DNA from: Trypanosoma brucei
Lineage: Eukaryota
DNA length: 64,000 nucleotides
Direction of reading: 5' to 3'
Assembly: GCA_000002445.1 (NCBI GenBank)
Contig: CP000069.1
Location: forward strand, 1,120,001 to 1,184,000
Both the position numbers and the translations under genes were made by a program. The notes beneath the pieces are model-generated. The model had not been told where the DNA came from. It searched no databases and saw nothing but the letters and a program-made list of their open reading frames with translations. Of this stretch, positions 34,629 to 46,525 are shown piece after piece (the first letter of the stretch is position 1; each line of letters begins with the position of its first letter).

Positions 34629-35133
34629 CCCTTTTGTTTCTTAACTCTGTATATGTATAAAATTTATATATCCCTATATAACCCTACTACCGATGTTTCA
34701 TTTATTGTTAGCAAGTTATAACAACAAGCATAAACGCAATTACGAGGCGTCGTATCCACTGATGAATTTCCTTCACCAACATCGCTGGTAAAGCAATATG
34801 TTTATCGTAGAAAGACACATTTTTAATACGTAGTTTCGTGAGGTGTAGACATCACTTTCCCCTCACCATCTAATCAATGATACAGAAACCTAATACTTTA
34901 CCGGTCACCGAAGCTCTCCCGTTCTTTAGGATCAGCACGAAACAAATTTCTCGCATAGCCTGAACCTCACGCAACCGAGCACGAAACGTACGCTTTCCAT
35001 TCCTCTCTCTATGATATTGAAGTTTCGATCTTCTTATGTAAAAAAGGCAAGCCTTCCATTTACATCCTAAAACGAAACACCGAGTCTACGCACCACCGAT
35101 CAACCCTACCAAAACACAATATTCCTCGCCCGA

Positions 35134-35424
35134 TCAAAGAAGGTAAGGTGCATTTGATAATATACTGGCGACAGGTAATGCCGCGGCTATGCAATCCCCA
35201 GCGATAGTTAACTCCTCACTACGACGGTAACCAATAATCTCCACTGAACCGACTGCCAGCCCTTTCCTAACTTGCGATTCCTCATCCGCTAAAAATGGAA
35301 GATAAATCTGCTGCACCTCCTCTTCAGAGACGCAGGTGGGGAAGTCCGAAAGTTGTGGGATAGTTCGCCTGCTGTACTGAGCCCGAAGGAGTGCCTCCCG
35401 CAGTACTTCCATATCAAACGACAT
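35134..35424 (-). CDS. small hypothetical protein (96 aa)
   Basis: The ATG is at 35422..35424. The protein has non-repetitive, globular-looking composition (MSFDMEVLREALLRAQYSRR...). It sits in a 1.4-kb interval between flanking genes. No family was recognised. Confidence 0.4.
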   Translation of the reverse strand: MSFDMEVLREALLRAQYSRRTIPQLSDFPTCVSEEEVQQIYLPFLADEESQVRKGLAVGSVEIIGYRRSEELTIAGDCIAAALPVASILSNAPYLL

Positions 35425-36030
35425 ATATTCTAGATTCCTATATATATATAAATATTAATGTTAAAAATAACGAAAAAGCAATAAAAAGGGAAGCAATATC
35501 CGTGTCAACCACGGTAGAGCTCACCAGCGAGCGATAGCGCTGCTCTCATTATTATATTATTGTGCAATACACACATATATAAGGAAACGAACAAAGTAAA
35601 CGATAAAAAGGAAATAGAGTAAGAAGGTATTTGAAAACAAATGTAGGTAACAGGGAGAAAGGCACAGCGTCAGCAGTCAAAAAAAAAAAGGAACAGATGG
35701 TTAAGTGCACAAGAAACACAACTCTTATACCACATGAAAAAGAAACGTCATGAAACTGGTGCAAAGAGTAAACAAAGGAATCGAAGATGTACATAGCGGA
35801 GTCGCACCACGAAAACAGAAACGGGGACTGCCAAAAGAGAGAGAGAGAGAGTTCGGATACAGTGGAGCGTGCACAACACCATAGACCTCTTTCTCCCTGA
35901 AGTCCCGCTCTCGTTACTAAACACTGGAGCAAACCGAAAGACGTCTAACGAGGAGCCAGCAGACGGGAAAACGGAGAGCCTTACTTGGAATCCGTATCTA
36001 CATCTCTCTGCATATATATATATATGTAAT

Positions 36031-36510
36031 TTAGACGCCTACAAACCCCACGTTGAGTTCAGCACCGGTGCCTCCTCGGGCGTCTGCCGCCTGTTGTTGC
36101 TGTTGGTTGCCCACTTCATTGCTTGTCGCAGCCGCCTCCATGGAGTCCAGTTTAGCCGTTCCTTCCGCCGTCACCTCCGGCGAGTTCAGCGAATCCCCTT
36201 GCGGGGCCGCCATCGCTTCCTCTACAGTCTCCCAAATATGTTCGCTAGTGCCATCACCTTTCGCGCCTTTGGAGTGAACCACAACAAGTTCAGCTCCTTC
36301 AGCCTCTATTCCACAACCGTAAAGTGTAAGAAAGTCGTCAAGACTCTGCTGCCCCAAATAAAGACGGGCATTATAAAATATGTGGCCTGTTAACTTTCCA
36401 TATCGCTCCTTGATAGCCTGAACCGTATCGTTGTGTACGTCACAGTGTACAAATATGGAGAGGTTATACCGCCTTAACCTCACATAGTGCGGCGGCGGAA
36501 TGGCCGACAT
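36031..36510 (-). CDS. hypothetical protein; upstream in-frame non-AUG extension carries a thioredoxin/Dim1-like W-F-G-S-C motif
   Basis: The first ATG is at 36508..36510 (MSAIPPPHYVRL...). The track ORF extends to 36570 from a TTG and adds HYSHFIALITDWFGSCVVL. This resembles the thioredoxin/Dim1 beta1-active-site region (DWDPTC in Dim1). The C-terminal half is disordered and Q/A/E-rich. An AG-rich PPT on the + strand lies at 36575-36700. Confidence 0.45.
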   Translation of the reverse strand: MSAIPPPHYVRLRRYNLSIFVHCDVHNDTVQAIKERYGKLTGHIFYNARLYLGQQSLDDFLTLYGCGIEAEGAELVVVHSKGAKGDGTSEHIWETVEEAMAAPQGDSLNSPEVTAEGTAKLDSMEAAATSNEVGNQQQQQAADARGGTGAELNVGFVGV

Positions 36511-36850
36511 CAAAACTACACAAGATCCGAACCAGTCGGTTATGAGTGCAATAAAATGACTATAGTGCAATCGGCTTCGAGAGGGAGAATAAGAAGAAAA
36601 CGCGAGAAGAAATTTTAAGAAAAGAAAAAGAGCGCTAAAAGATAAGTTGTTTTAATCTAATTTGTAATGAAAGAAAATTAACGGTTGCGGTATACACCTT
36701 GTCCTATCAGGGGCAGATTATGCGCTTTCCTTCCTTTGAAACACAACAGTTGTAAAGACAAGTGAGTCAACGCCCGTCAATAATAACCTGGCTTTAGGTT
36801 GGTCACTGTTAAAATTCAAATTACCGATAACGTGTTACCTCCACCCGTTC

Positions 36851-38131
36851 CTATTCATTGTACTCTTTCTGCCTGACGTAGTTGGCGAACTTGTGGTCAG
36901 CATCCTTTAACATCTTATTGGATAGACGGCCACGACGACGGTAAGGATTACCCATATCCAACACTAAGCGGTTGACGCCAGGCATCACCTCCTTTTCCCG
37001 TCCAATAGGAGCGGTCAGCTCAAACTTGAAGTCACGATGAACCTGATGAATCGTTGGAGAGTACCGCAGTAGTTCATCTGGCGTTGGCGCGTTCGTGAGG
37101 TGTTGGGCCCGCCGCTTCCAGTGTCCGCGCATCGTATGAATGCGACCAGCGAAGTCTCTCATGTTGAAGAACTTCTTGTCGATCATTTCTTTGCGCTGTT
37201 GGAGCACACGTATGGCACCTTCTACATCCCCAATCTCATTAAAGGTGGTTTCCGCACGCTCCAAGCACTGATCCACCAGTGCAAATGTTCGATCATAGTC
37301 GAACGGGCTAAAGTAAACGAACTTTTCCTCGAAGTTATAGTTAAACCGACGACCAAGGCGAGGCAAAAGCCTTAACATGCGGTGAGACTCGCCCCAGTTG
37401 TGAAAACTATTCACAACCTCCAGCGCCTCTTCGTAGGCTTCAGTTGCTTCCCGTTTCATGCCGAGTGCCTCCCGCGTGATTCCCAGCTCCAGCAGAGCCT
37501 CGCAGATCAACTCAAGAGAAGGACGGGTTGACGCGTCCAACATGCGCAGAACTTCCTCAATATTTGCCAAACTACTTTCCAAGCGGCCCGTTTGACGAAA
37601 CGCAGCTGACAACTTAATCCTTATTCCTATACGCTGCGCGTGATTCTCCGGATATGCATAATTGTACGCCTTCGCAACCACTCCGTAGTGTTCCAATGCC
37701 TCTTGAAACATACCACCTTCCATGTAATAGTCACCCTGCAGCTCCAGTTTGGCCACCTCACCAAGCGGGACATACGGCCGTTCAACCTGTGGTGCTTCCT
37801 TTAGCTGTTGGGTGTTGTCAACGCGCATGACATCAGTGCTGTCAGCATCATCCCACGACACTCCAGGTGTTTTTTCTCCTTTGGAGACGTCCACTTTATT
37901 ACCCTTGTTGCTGCCTCTTTTGGCAGCTGCTTCTAGCTCAGAGCGCTTCTGCAAAATCGCACTAACGCTTACATCTGCTGGTAGGCGCTGCTTCGGTTGC
38001 ACCAGTTGGTTAGGATACAACACACCGGTGTAATAGGAAGTGTAGAGTCGCGTAACCCATCGCCGCTGGCACTGGAGCGGCGCCGAGGAAAATAGTAATG
38101 CTCCCCGAGACGAAAAAGCGTTTCTGGACAT
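36851..38131 (-). CDS. mitochondrial-targeted TPR-like helical repeat protein, hypothetical
   Basis: The N-terminus MSRNAFSSRGALLFSSAPLQCQRRWVTRLYTS reads as a basic, amphipathic presequence. TPR-like pairs of helices include YYMEGGMFQEALEHYGVVAKAYNYAY and ATEAYEEALEVVNSFHNWGESH. The ATG is at 38129..38131; the track start is GTG. Confidence 0.6.
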   Translation of the reverse strand: MSRNAFSSRGALLFSSAPLQCQRRWVTRLYTSYYTGVLYPNQLVQPKQRLPADVSVSAILQKRSELEAAAKRGSNKGNKVDVSKGEKTPGVSWDDADSTDVMRVDNTQQLKEAPQVERPYVPLGEVAKLELQGDYYMEGGMFQEALEHYGVVAKAYNYAYPENHAQRIGIRIKLSAAFRQTGRLESSLANIEEVLRMLDASTRPSLELICEALLELGITREALGMKREATEAYEEALEVVNSFHNWGESHRMLRLLPRLGRRFNYNFEEKFVYFSPFDYDRTFALVDQCLERAETTFNEIGDVEGAIRVLQQRKEMIDKKFFNMRDFAGRIHTMRGHWKRRAQHLTNAPTPDELLRYSPTIHQVHRDFKFELTAPIGREKEVMPGVNRLVLDMGNPYRRRGRLSNKMLKDADHKFANYVRQKEYNE

Positions 38132-38960
38132 CTGCTTCACAACTGTACACTAGAAAATGGTTGTTGAAACGTATGACCCCTAACCACAACAAGCTCCCCT
38201 TCAAACACCCTGATGCCAATAAATACGTATATATGTGACAAATCGACTTGTTACCTCACGTTCCCCGTTGGTGACTGGGAAATGGGACCCACAACGCAAG
38301 TGTAATAGAGTTTTTCCTCAACAGCACAACGTCGAACAAACACTCTTGAGAATATGATGAGAAACGAAGGAATCAAAAAAGAAGGCCAAACCGAGATAGA
38401 AGCAGCAAAACAAAAAAAAATTGCATCACATGAAGAAAGGAACTTCGTACATGAAGAATTTCAGGACATAATAAAGTTTCAGCAGCAAAATATTTTGTGA
38501 CTGGAATCGGGTTCTGTCAAACGCCACAACCACATTGAAGCATTTCAAAAGATAGCATAAATACCAAGCACTTGTAAGGGGTATGTAGGAGGGCCCCGTT
38601 ATACATAAGTGCTGCTCACAATATCCACAGTGCAACAGCTAAAAGATGCCTTTTTAGCAGAAAGAAAAAGTTGTAATGACAAGAGCAGCAACAATTCTGA
38701 CAAACCAGGATTCCATCCATCAAATTACCTGAAGTTTTTGCCAGCTTCGTAAACCACCACAGAACTCCCACAGAAGCTTCCATGACCCCACTTACTTTTT
38801 TTCCTTCTTGCGTTCCATTGACCAACCAACCCCCCCCCCCACACACACGCAAAACCCATACATCATGATATACAGAAGAAGCGAATGCTAAGAACTACCA
38901 TTTCCTTGTTTGCCTTTGTTCAACATCAAAAAAAGATTATACGCACTTCGTTCGTGTGCC

Positions 38961-40055
38961 TTAAACGTTTCCAGCTGGCGCATTCTTACCCCCAACATCA
39001 TTGTAATCCCCCCGCATATTCCCCTGCCGGAAGTTCTCCGCTACTTGGGAAATAAATTGGCCCCCTGTACGAAATGTGTCGATGTGAGGAACCATCTCAG
39101 GGAACTGTGTGATTCCCTTCAAACGATAATTGACAACTGACATTATGACCATGTATACGGCAAAAAGGGAAGTAATAAGGAAGAAGTAAAAGGAAGCGGA
39201 GTGACCTTTTTTATCCTTTGAATTACCGGACCCGTCAGTGGCATTGGGATCTGACGCTTGCCCAGAGCCGCTGCCACCATCGTCATCCGCTGTCCAGACA
39301 ACGCCCACAGAAAGCGACATCACTTTATTCGCAGATATTGCAGGAACAAACGAGAAATACAAAACGCTGCTGTTCCACGGCATAACTTTACTGCTCTCAT
39401 GTGTTCCAACATCTTGAGCCTCAGGCATTTTCAATAAGTGAAAATGCTGCGGCTTCCCACCATCCAGTGGCCCATCAGCCAACCGCAACATCACCGCCTT
39501 TGTTTTTTCCATGGGAACCGCTTGAAAGTATATTTTGGCGGGTAGGACCGGCTGCCCCAGACTCGTAGGAATGGGGGAAATAAATGATGTATGAGGGGAT
39601 ACGCTGATGAAGCAAGATGGATTGTTTGCGTGGTAGCTCCAGAAGCGGAACGGGACGGGGCCATCCGGTCTCACACGCCGTATTTCAACATCAATATTGG
39701 TACCGGCCTCAACGTTCCGCAATAAAAGTATACCCGCGTCATCTGATACCGAAGTTGCAGTTGCACCTTCACGTAGGCGATATGTAGCATTTATTTGGGC
39801 CAAGCGCTCCGAAACCCCCTCTGTGTTCATTGGAAAGGGCCGCACGATAAGAACAATTGCCTCGCCGTCCCCGGGTGGTTTCGGAACTCCAATCCGCAGG
39901 AGATGATTGCTCTCACCAGCAAACCCCCGCACTTCACCGCACATGGGAACAACAACATGATCACTCCCACTGACGGCGAGTGTCAAAAAAAATTGAAATG
40001 CAATCAACAGAAGGCAGACGCCTGACACCTGATGTCCCTTTCCGTGTCCCGGCAT
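38961..40055 (-). CDS. type I membrane glycoprotein-like hypothetical (signal peptide + C-terminal TM anchor)
   Basis: The N-terminus MPGHGKGHQVSGVCLLLIAFQFFLTLAVSG is signal-peptide-like. The C-terminal hydrophobic helix FYFFLITSLFAVYMVIMSVVNY is followed by a short basic tail. The ATG is at 40053..40055. Confidence 0.6.
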   Translation of the reverse strand: MPGHGKGHQVSGVCLLLIAFQFFLTLAVSGSDHVVVPMCGEVRGFAGESNHLLRIGVPKPPGDGEAIVLIVRPFPMNTEGVSERLAQINATYRLREGATATSVSDDAGILLLRNVEAGTNIDVEIRRVRPDGPVPFRFWSYHANNPSCFISVSPHTSFISPIPTSLGQPVLPAKIYFQAVPMEKTKAVMLRLADGPLDGGKPQHFHLLKMPEAQDVGTHESSKVMPWNSSVLYFSFVPAISANKVMSLSVGVVWTADDDGGSGSGQASDPNATDGSGNSKDKKGHSASFYFFLITSLFAVYMVIMSVVNYRLKGITQFPEMVPHIDTFRTGGQFISQVAENFRQGNMRGDYNDVGGKNAPAGNV

Positions 40056-41261
40056 GGTGTGTACTTCCCTAACCTTCGTCTTACTTTAAATATGTAAGCT
40101 ACTCCAATCCAGCGATGGTGCGAGATTAGTCGTCATCAATTCGTTAAAAGAAAAAAAAAGTAGCAGTTGACAGAAAGCGGGAACAGAGTCAAGTAACCTA
40201 CGCATGGGGAATGCAACATAGCGTAGCAGATGCGGTAAAAAAAAATCACAAAATATTCCCATGACACCGTTTGACAACCATCACCCCCGAGGGAACTGGA
40301 ACAACACTACGTTATCGACAAGATGGCGTGCCTCATCGGCACTAATGTCATACCCATGCGTCTATAAAATTAGTGCTTTACTTTTTCCTCCTTGCCCACT
40401 ACCGGAATTACAACCCCAGCATCCACACCCTCAGCCTCAATGTCATAGTTGTTTGTTTGTTTTTTTCTTTGACCCACCCCCAAATCTTCATAATCACTGA
40501 CACAAATTGACCTTCTAATTACATATTTGTAATCCATCTCCCCCCCTCCACACACAAACACACACCACCACATCCTCTGAGAGTCTTCTTATTCCTACAT
40601 GGCAAAACCCAGATGCAGGCAGCTTCAAAAGAACATTCATTGAAGACTCGCATCTTTGGTCTCCAAAGCCAGCGAAAGTGTTCAACGCGTTCACAATCAT
40701 ATACATTGGAACAAAAAGGAAAGTGTGGTTTGTGCGTCCGACAACGCCCTGCACGACGTACACGGTGTACAGAAAATGTGCAGACAAACAAGACAATAAC
40801 ACGTAAAAATAAAGATAACAATGCCCCACAGCACTCCCGCCATCACTTTGTAAGGGTTGCACAAATAACATGGCGCACACCTCCAATGTTGAGCAGCGGG
40901 GCCGTGACGAACACAACACCAATCCCCCTTAGCTAATGGCGCAAGTGGTTGGTGCCACAATATTCGCGGTGAGATGTACCCAATTCAGGAACGCATTAGT
41001 AAATCGTTCCTTGACTTCGGAGGCACCGTTCCCGCACACGCATATAGGGAGAAATGCGGCAACCAAGAAAGGCAAGATAAAAAAAAAAACGAACAGGCTC
41101 CGTGTACCACACCGTATGAATAACGATGACAAGACATCTCCTCTTGCATAAAGAAAATATAAATGAGATCCACCAACACAAGAGTCAATGTGGAGACAAG
41201 TTCTAGGAAACACAGAGATTAGTGAATTATGTCTGCCACACACACACACCCTTCCCCAATC

Positions 41262-41753
41262 CTAACGGCGATATTCCTCGTCACTTATACTGTTCAGTTC
41301 ACGTGTCCTCATGACCGGTTTGTTGCGCTTCGTGCTCATAATACCACGCTCATTCAACTTCATGTTTGTTTTGGGTGGCTCACCGTTTCGAACGGACTTC
41401 AAGCGCGAAATTTGTTTGTTCTTCGAGTCCAACTTTTCCTTCACCTTCCCAGTGGGAATGCGAACCCCACGGAGAACACCAGGCCCGGAGAGTTCAACTT
41501 CCACGCCAACTGGAGCTTCCAATGTCACGTCCTCCGAACTGTCACACGACTCAAAGACCTCAGTAACGAGGGGCGCATCTTTTTCAGTAATGAATGACGT
41601 GGGTTCCAGTTCAATTACTTGAAGATGCTCGGGGAAAAAATGATCGCTTTCCTCAGAATCACTGTGGTAATGACGACGCAGTGACGACAATCGGTTACCG
41701 CTGTGGTCACTGCGCGAGTTGCGGGGGTTGGGATTGTCCCGTGGATCCTCCAT
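41262..41753 (-). CDS. hypothetical acidic/Ser-rich protein
   Basis: This is a 163-aa ORF counted from the first ATG at 41751..41753 (MEDPRDNP...). The track start is TTG. The protein is hydrophilic and probably disordered. Confidence 0.45.
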   Translation of the reverse strand: MEDPRDNPNPRNSRSDHSGNRLSSLRRHYHSDSEESDHFFPEHLQVIELEPTSFITEKDAPLVTEVFESCDSSEDVTLEAPVGVEVELSGPGVLRGVRIPTGKVKEKLDSKNKQISRLKSVRNGEPPKTNMKLNERGIMSTKRNKPVMRTRELNSISDEEYRR

Positions 41754-43058
41754 AACTTGAGGAATGTACAAATCGTTACACCGTGCTCAGAGTGGACTCT
41801 GCCTTACTCTTGTCACCACTATTATTTTTTTCTACTTTTTGGCTCTTCGTTGCACTTTGGATTCGTCCCCCCTCTTCTTTTCCCTCACTTCTAGTATTTT
41901 ACCCCACTTTTGGGTTGTTATATATATATATATAACACTAGTAAGGTCAGAGGTAGATCCGGTGGTATTCGGTGAGTGTATACAGTGACTCCTTATGCAG
42001 TGATTCAGTTCCTCACTGCACTTTGTTTCCGTGTTTTCCTTAGGTATATTTTTTTTTAGTTTCCCTTTGCTTATTTTTGCGTCTTCCTCAGCTCGGGTTA
42101 CACAGTGAGTATGTATACGTAGTGTTCTGCTGTTGCTATTACTGCCTTATGTGGCTTCTCGCAATGCTGTTTTCAACGAGTACAAAAGCCTTTCACCATC
42201 GAAAAACACACGACAGGCCGTGTGGTGCTCCCACGTTTTTTTCCCTCCCTATTCGGATGTCCTTTTAATTCCCTCCTTTCGTTTTTTTTGTTCTTCACAG
42301 TACCGTTCCCCCAACTTCTCTCCTGATAATAAACTATGAGTTAACAATCCGAACACGACTGCTTCAACAAAGTGAAGGAGAGAGTAAGCACGGATTAAAT
42401 ATGTAAATCCAACACCTTCCCGTCGCTATTATCTTCTCCCTTCCCCCTGTAAGCTCTCTTTGTTGCGGTGAAAATTGTCAGTGACCGAATGCCCGCACAG
42501 AAACGTAACCGTACGTGCAATAAGGCCAGCACAGCTTGGAAATTTTTAAAATATATATATATATATTTTTTTTTTATAACGAAAAATAAATGGGTTGGAT
42601 CCTCCCACGTAACTGAGTAAACTAAATGTAAGAAAAAGAAAATAAAAAACAAAAATGACAGAATTTATACGAAGGTTACGCCACAAGTAGTCAGGTATTT
42701 GAAATACATGTACCAAACAGGAGAAACATAAAGAGGGAGAGAAGATCTCGCTATTGAACAGTTTCAGATAATAAAAATGTAAAGAGTGTAAAAAGGGGTA
42801 AACTAGATTTACTACGCCCCACTACTCGAACCCCTCAACAGAGCGCAAGAGAATAACGATAACATCAACAAAACGAACAAACCGGTTGTCAAAAAACTGA
42901 CCTGCTGCCACCAGTTAGTTAAAGCTCTGCAGTCACATGACATAAAATGTGCGAGCACAAACACAACTGAGAGAAGATAACAACATAACGAATCACAGCT
43001 CCGTTCGAGGGGGCGTATATTCATGTTCACATCCAATCACACAAACTGTACATTTTTA

Positions 43059-43082
43059 CCCAACCAACCAACCAACCAACCC
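43059..43082. repeat. (CCAA)n microsatellite
   Basis: ccaaccaaccaaccaaccaacc. Confidence 0.75.
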
Positions 43083-43504
43083 CCACAGCTCACAGATTCT
43101 CATTACCTTAAAAAACAAAAAAAAAATCACAATAAAGAAGAAAAGCAAAACAAAAAAGGAACGAAGAATATAATATATTATTTGCGTTAGAAAAGGAGGT
43201 AAAAAAAATTAGAAAGGAAGTCACATGACGAATACCACCCAGTGAGTTGTTGCCAATGCCCGATTTACAACAAACAAGCAATCAATCAATCAAACAAACA
43301 AACAGAGAACAATCGAGAAAACGAAGGCACGAAATAAGCCACCATATTGAGGACCCAACCCCGAAACAAGCGCCACCGAAAATCTTCTCCCACACAAGAT
43401 TAACGCTTGAAGGCGTAAGAACTCATAGGTGTGCAGGCAGCGCCCCTGCGCATATTTTATCAGTGATTTATCTATGAGCATATTCATCCAACTGTAGCAT
43501 TGGT

Positions 43505-43560
43505 TCTCTCTCTCTCTCTCTCTTTCTCCTCCTCCTCCTCCTTCTCCCTCTCCTTTTCTT
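43505..43560. repeat. (TC)n then (CCT)n pyrimidine microsatellite
   Basis: tctctctctctctctctctttctcctcctcctcctccttctccctctcc. Confidence 0.8.
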
Positions 43561-43777
43561 CACACTCTTCATGTATAAATATATAAATGTATACTTCACA
43601 AATATATATCACATACACGCACAATTACATGTTATATATAAATACATGCATTGCATGTCTTTAATTACAAAAATTGGTTAGTGTGTGGGCCTCCTGAACT
43701 TCCCTCGATTTGAGCAGAACAAGGGGGAAAGGAAAAAAGAGCATCAAGTCTTCTGAATGCCACACGTCCTGCAGTGG

Positions 43778-44746
43778 TTATGTCAATCTTGATTCCTTCG
43801 CTGAAGAAGGAGAAGAAAGAGCGCGCACTTTAGTCGCAGTGTAACAACCGAGTCCCACAAGTGTAACAGTTACTCCAAGGAGTGTCTTGGTATCCGCCTC
43901 CGAAGAAATAAACACAAATCCACCTATGAAAACCAAAACCGTCTTTAAATAACCGACAATATTTGTGGTTAGCGGAGATGTTTGACCCACTAACAAGAAA
44001 AAAGAAAGATTTACGCCAAAAGCAAGGATACACGACAGTGCAATTGTCCATACGCTTGTAGGGGTTACCTCATAGCTGCGCAGTTCCGTCAAACCATCAA
44101 TGGGAACCGCAAACAACAACATGAGGGAACTTACAGGTGCTTGGTAAATCAAAAGTTGTGCTGCATTCACGCCGAGATCCTTCTGCTTTGTATTTCCCCA
44201 AATAGTGTATAAGGAATTGGCCAGAATAGCTAATAAGGCCCATATTGTTCCCTCAACGGTCAGTCGCGTGTCCGCACACACCGTAATACCCGAACCCAAA
44301 CATGTGATGAAGATGGCCAAAAGTGTTTCCTTTGTTTCCTGTTTATTGTATGCTGCATACTCAATCAGCACAATAAGGGGTGTACAGAGGATCTTCGATG
44401 TTTGGTAGACGCTCACAGTGTTGGCCAAAAGTGAGAAGTTGTTGAACACCACATACCCGCAAAATGCTGCACTTATGGTAAGCACCTGAGCAATGTGAAG
44501 TCTTTTTATCTCAAAGAACCCAAACAGTGACAGCATTAGACAACCAAAGAATGACGCAATGAAGTGCATCACTGTTAAAAGTGTTACGAAATGAAACCCG
44601 GCTTCATTATATACCAGGCGCTTGTTTACAATAATTACTCCTACGCTGCTGACGATGTTAAGGAGCAAACTAAACAATACCTTCAGATTACCGCCACGCA
44701 TCCACTTCAATACGACACCGTGCTCCACATTTTCATGTCTCGTCAT
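43778..44746 (-). CDS. drug/metabolite transporter superfamily protein, nucleotide-sugar/triose-phosphate transporter (SLC35-like) family
   Basis: The 322-aa protein has ~10 predicted TM helices. Its N-terminal half resembles TPT/NST transporters (LLNIVSSVGVIIVNKRLV...GFHFVTLLTVMHFIASF). A C-terminal KxxxK-like tail is present. The ATG is at 44744..44746. Confidence 0.7.
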   Translation of the reverse strand: MTRHENVEHGVVLKWMRGGNLKVLFSLLLNIVSSVGVIIVNKRLVYNEAGFHFVTLLTVMHFIASFFGCLMLSLFGFFEIKRLHIAQVLTISAAFCGYVVFNNFSLLANTVSVYQTSKILCTPLIVLIEYAAYNKQETKETLLAIFITCLGSGITVCADTRLTVEGTIWALLAILANSLYTIWGNTKQKDLGVNAAQLLIYQAPVSSLMLLFAVPIDGLTELRSYEVTPTSVWTIALSCILAFGVNLSFFLLVGQTSPLTTNIVGYLKTVLVFIGGFVFISSEADTKTLLGVTVTLVGLGCYTATKVRALSSPSSAKESRLT

Positions 44747-45177
44747 TGGCGAGGTCCCTGAGAGACTCCTCTACCCTTTGCTCTTGTTAAAAACAAGCAA
44801 ATCACGCACTGAAGGGTTTTTTTTCTTGAACTACGAGGTAAAAAAAATGGGGAGAAATAGTTTATACCACTAAATACATGTATTTACATACCAGTAATGA
44901 TCCCGGTAGTGAGAAATCGCCCAAAACAACACGCGGCAGCAGCGCTGGTAAGACCCTTTTATTGGAAAGGGTTTTTTTTAAAAAAAAAGGATGTGAGAGT
45001 ATCAAAAGGAGCCGCTTAACAAACAACGTGCAAAGGTAGACCACATGTGTAAATGGGTCTCACCGGCTCACATCTCCAATTCTCGCCTCGGTAACTCTAT
45101 AGTTTCTTTTCTACACAATCTATGCTGCTTGTGGACTGGTGTTAAGACTTAATGGGATTATGAAGATTAGGTATTTG

Positions 45178-46002
45178 CTAGTGATCAATTCCACTGCTAG
45201 TCATCGAGCGAAGAATGTGGTCCTTTTCTTGTTCCAACATATTCTTCCAGCGCTTCCTCATCCTATCCATGGATAGATCTAAATCGCGCAACTTCACAGC
45301 AAGTTTCTCTTTCTTTTCCCTACACACTCCCACGTCATTCTTCGCCTCTTCCAGTGCAGACCGCATCTTAGCAAGTTCGTCTTGTCGCCGCCGCGCAAGT
45401 TGCTTAAGATGCAGCTCATTTTTCATGAAAGATTCAACAACGGCTCCTGTATCGTAAAGAAGGGAATTAGTAGAAGGATCTGTTGCACTCTGCAGGTTTG
45501 TCCCTAGCGTTTTACCACTTATTTGTGCCCTTCTCGTCGCTTGGTCCGTGTCACTCAGCGACCGCACGTGCGTGTTTGCAACTACATCAAGCTCCATCGC
45601 GTTGACATAAGATGAACCCCCCACCGTACCGACGGAATCATAATTGTTCCCTATCATACTATGTGAATTATGCTTATTTAACATATATGAACAGTCCAGT
45701 TTCGACTGTTTTGCAGAGTTGCACACTTTGGGTGATTCATCAACTAAAAAGGAGCAGTTTCCTAACGATGTTGCCCCTACCGCTGACGATTGTAATCTAC
45801 TGTCCCCGCCAACCTGAGCGACACTAGGAGTTAAGTGACTGAGTGGAACAAACCCCACGCGCTCCTTGTCACCAACAACTTCTACCTGTACCCACCCATC
45901 GTGCGTATCTTCATCAATAGCCGTAACAATTTCACCCTTTCGAACAGATAACTCCACATCCTCCTGCGCAGTGAAATTGCAATGCACTGTAAAGAGGGAC
46001 AT
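45178..46002 (-). CDS. SH3-like domain plus C-terminal coiled-coil protein, hypothetical
   Basis: The N-terminal segment TAQEDVELSVRKGEIVTAIDEDTHDGWVQVEVVGDKERVGFVPLSHL fits the SH3 pattern (ALYDY..ELS...GD.I.......DGWW.G...G..G.FP..YV). The C-terminus is heptad-rich (LARRRQDELAKMRSALEEAKN...). The ATG is at 46000..46002. Confidence 0.55.
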   Translation of the reverse strand: MSLFTVHCNFTAQEDVELSVRKGEIVTAIDEDTHDGWVQVEVVGDKERVGFVPLSHLTPSVAQVGGDSRLQSSAVGATSLGNCSFLVDESPKVCNSAKQSKLDCSYMLNKHNSHSMIGNNYDSVGTVGGSSYVNAMELDVVANTHVRSLSDTDQATRRAQISGKTLGTNLQSATDPSTNSLLYDTGAVVESFMKNELHLKQLARRRQDELAKMRSALEEAKNDVGVCREKKEKLAVKLRDLDLSMDRMRKRWKNMLEQEKDHILRSMTSSGIDH

Positions 46003-46525
46003 TACTATACGACGAGGGGGTTTCCAAAATCAATTGACTTCCACGTAGCAGAAAGTGAATACCCTCCCCCCTTCCTCTCAAGTATAAACTTTTTTTTAAA
46101 ACTCTATTCAATGTACCAACACCTTCCCTACTTATGCTGCACTGCTCTAGCAACAATTAACAATTGCCACCGTCGTGTCGCCAGTGATGTGATTAGACAA
46201 TGCACTTTTCTAGAAAGTCGCCGAACCACCCGAGGAAGTTGACTTAACTGCGAAACATAACGAAAGAAGAAGTAAGACAGAACCACGAATTTGCAAAATA
46301 TATACATATGCATAATCATGCAACAACACAAATAGCTGGAAAGAGATCTAGAAAACAATATGGATTATAAACCCAACTTTCCGTAAGTCGCGACGCAATA
46401 TATACAAATGAAGGGAGAAACATGTAGCAGCATCAACGTAAAAAGATACTTCTCTGGGTGAAACGAGAAATAAAAATAGAGAAATGAAATGCAACGAATG
46501 CCTCACAATATCGCAACTCTAACAT

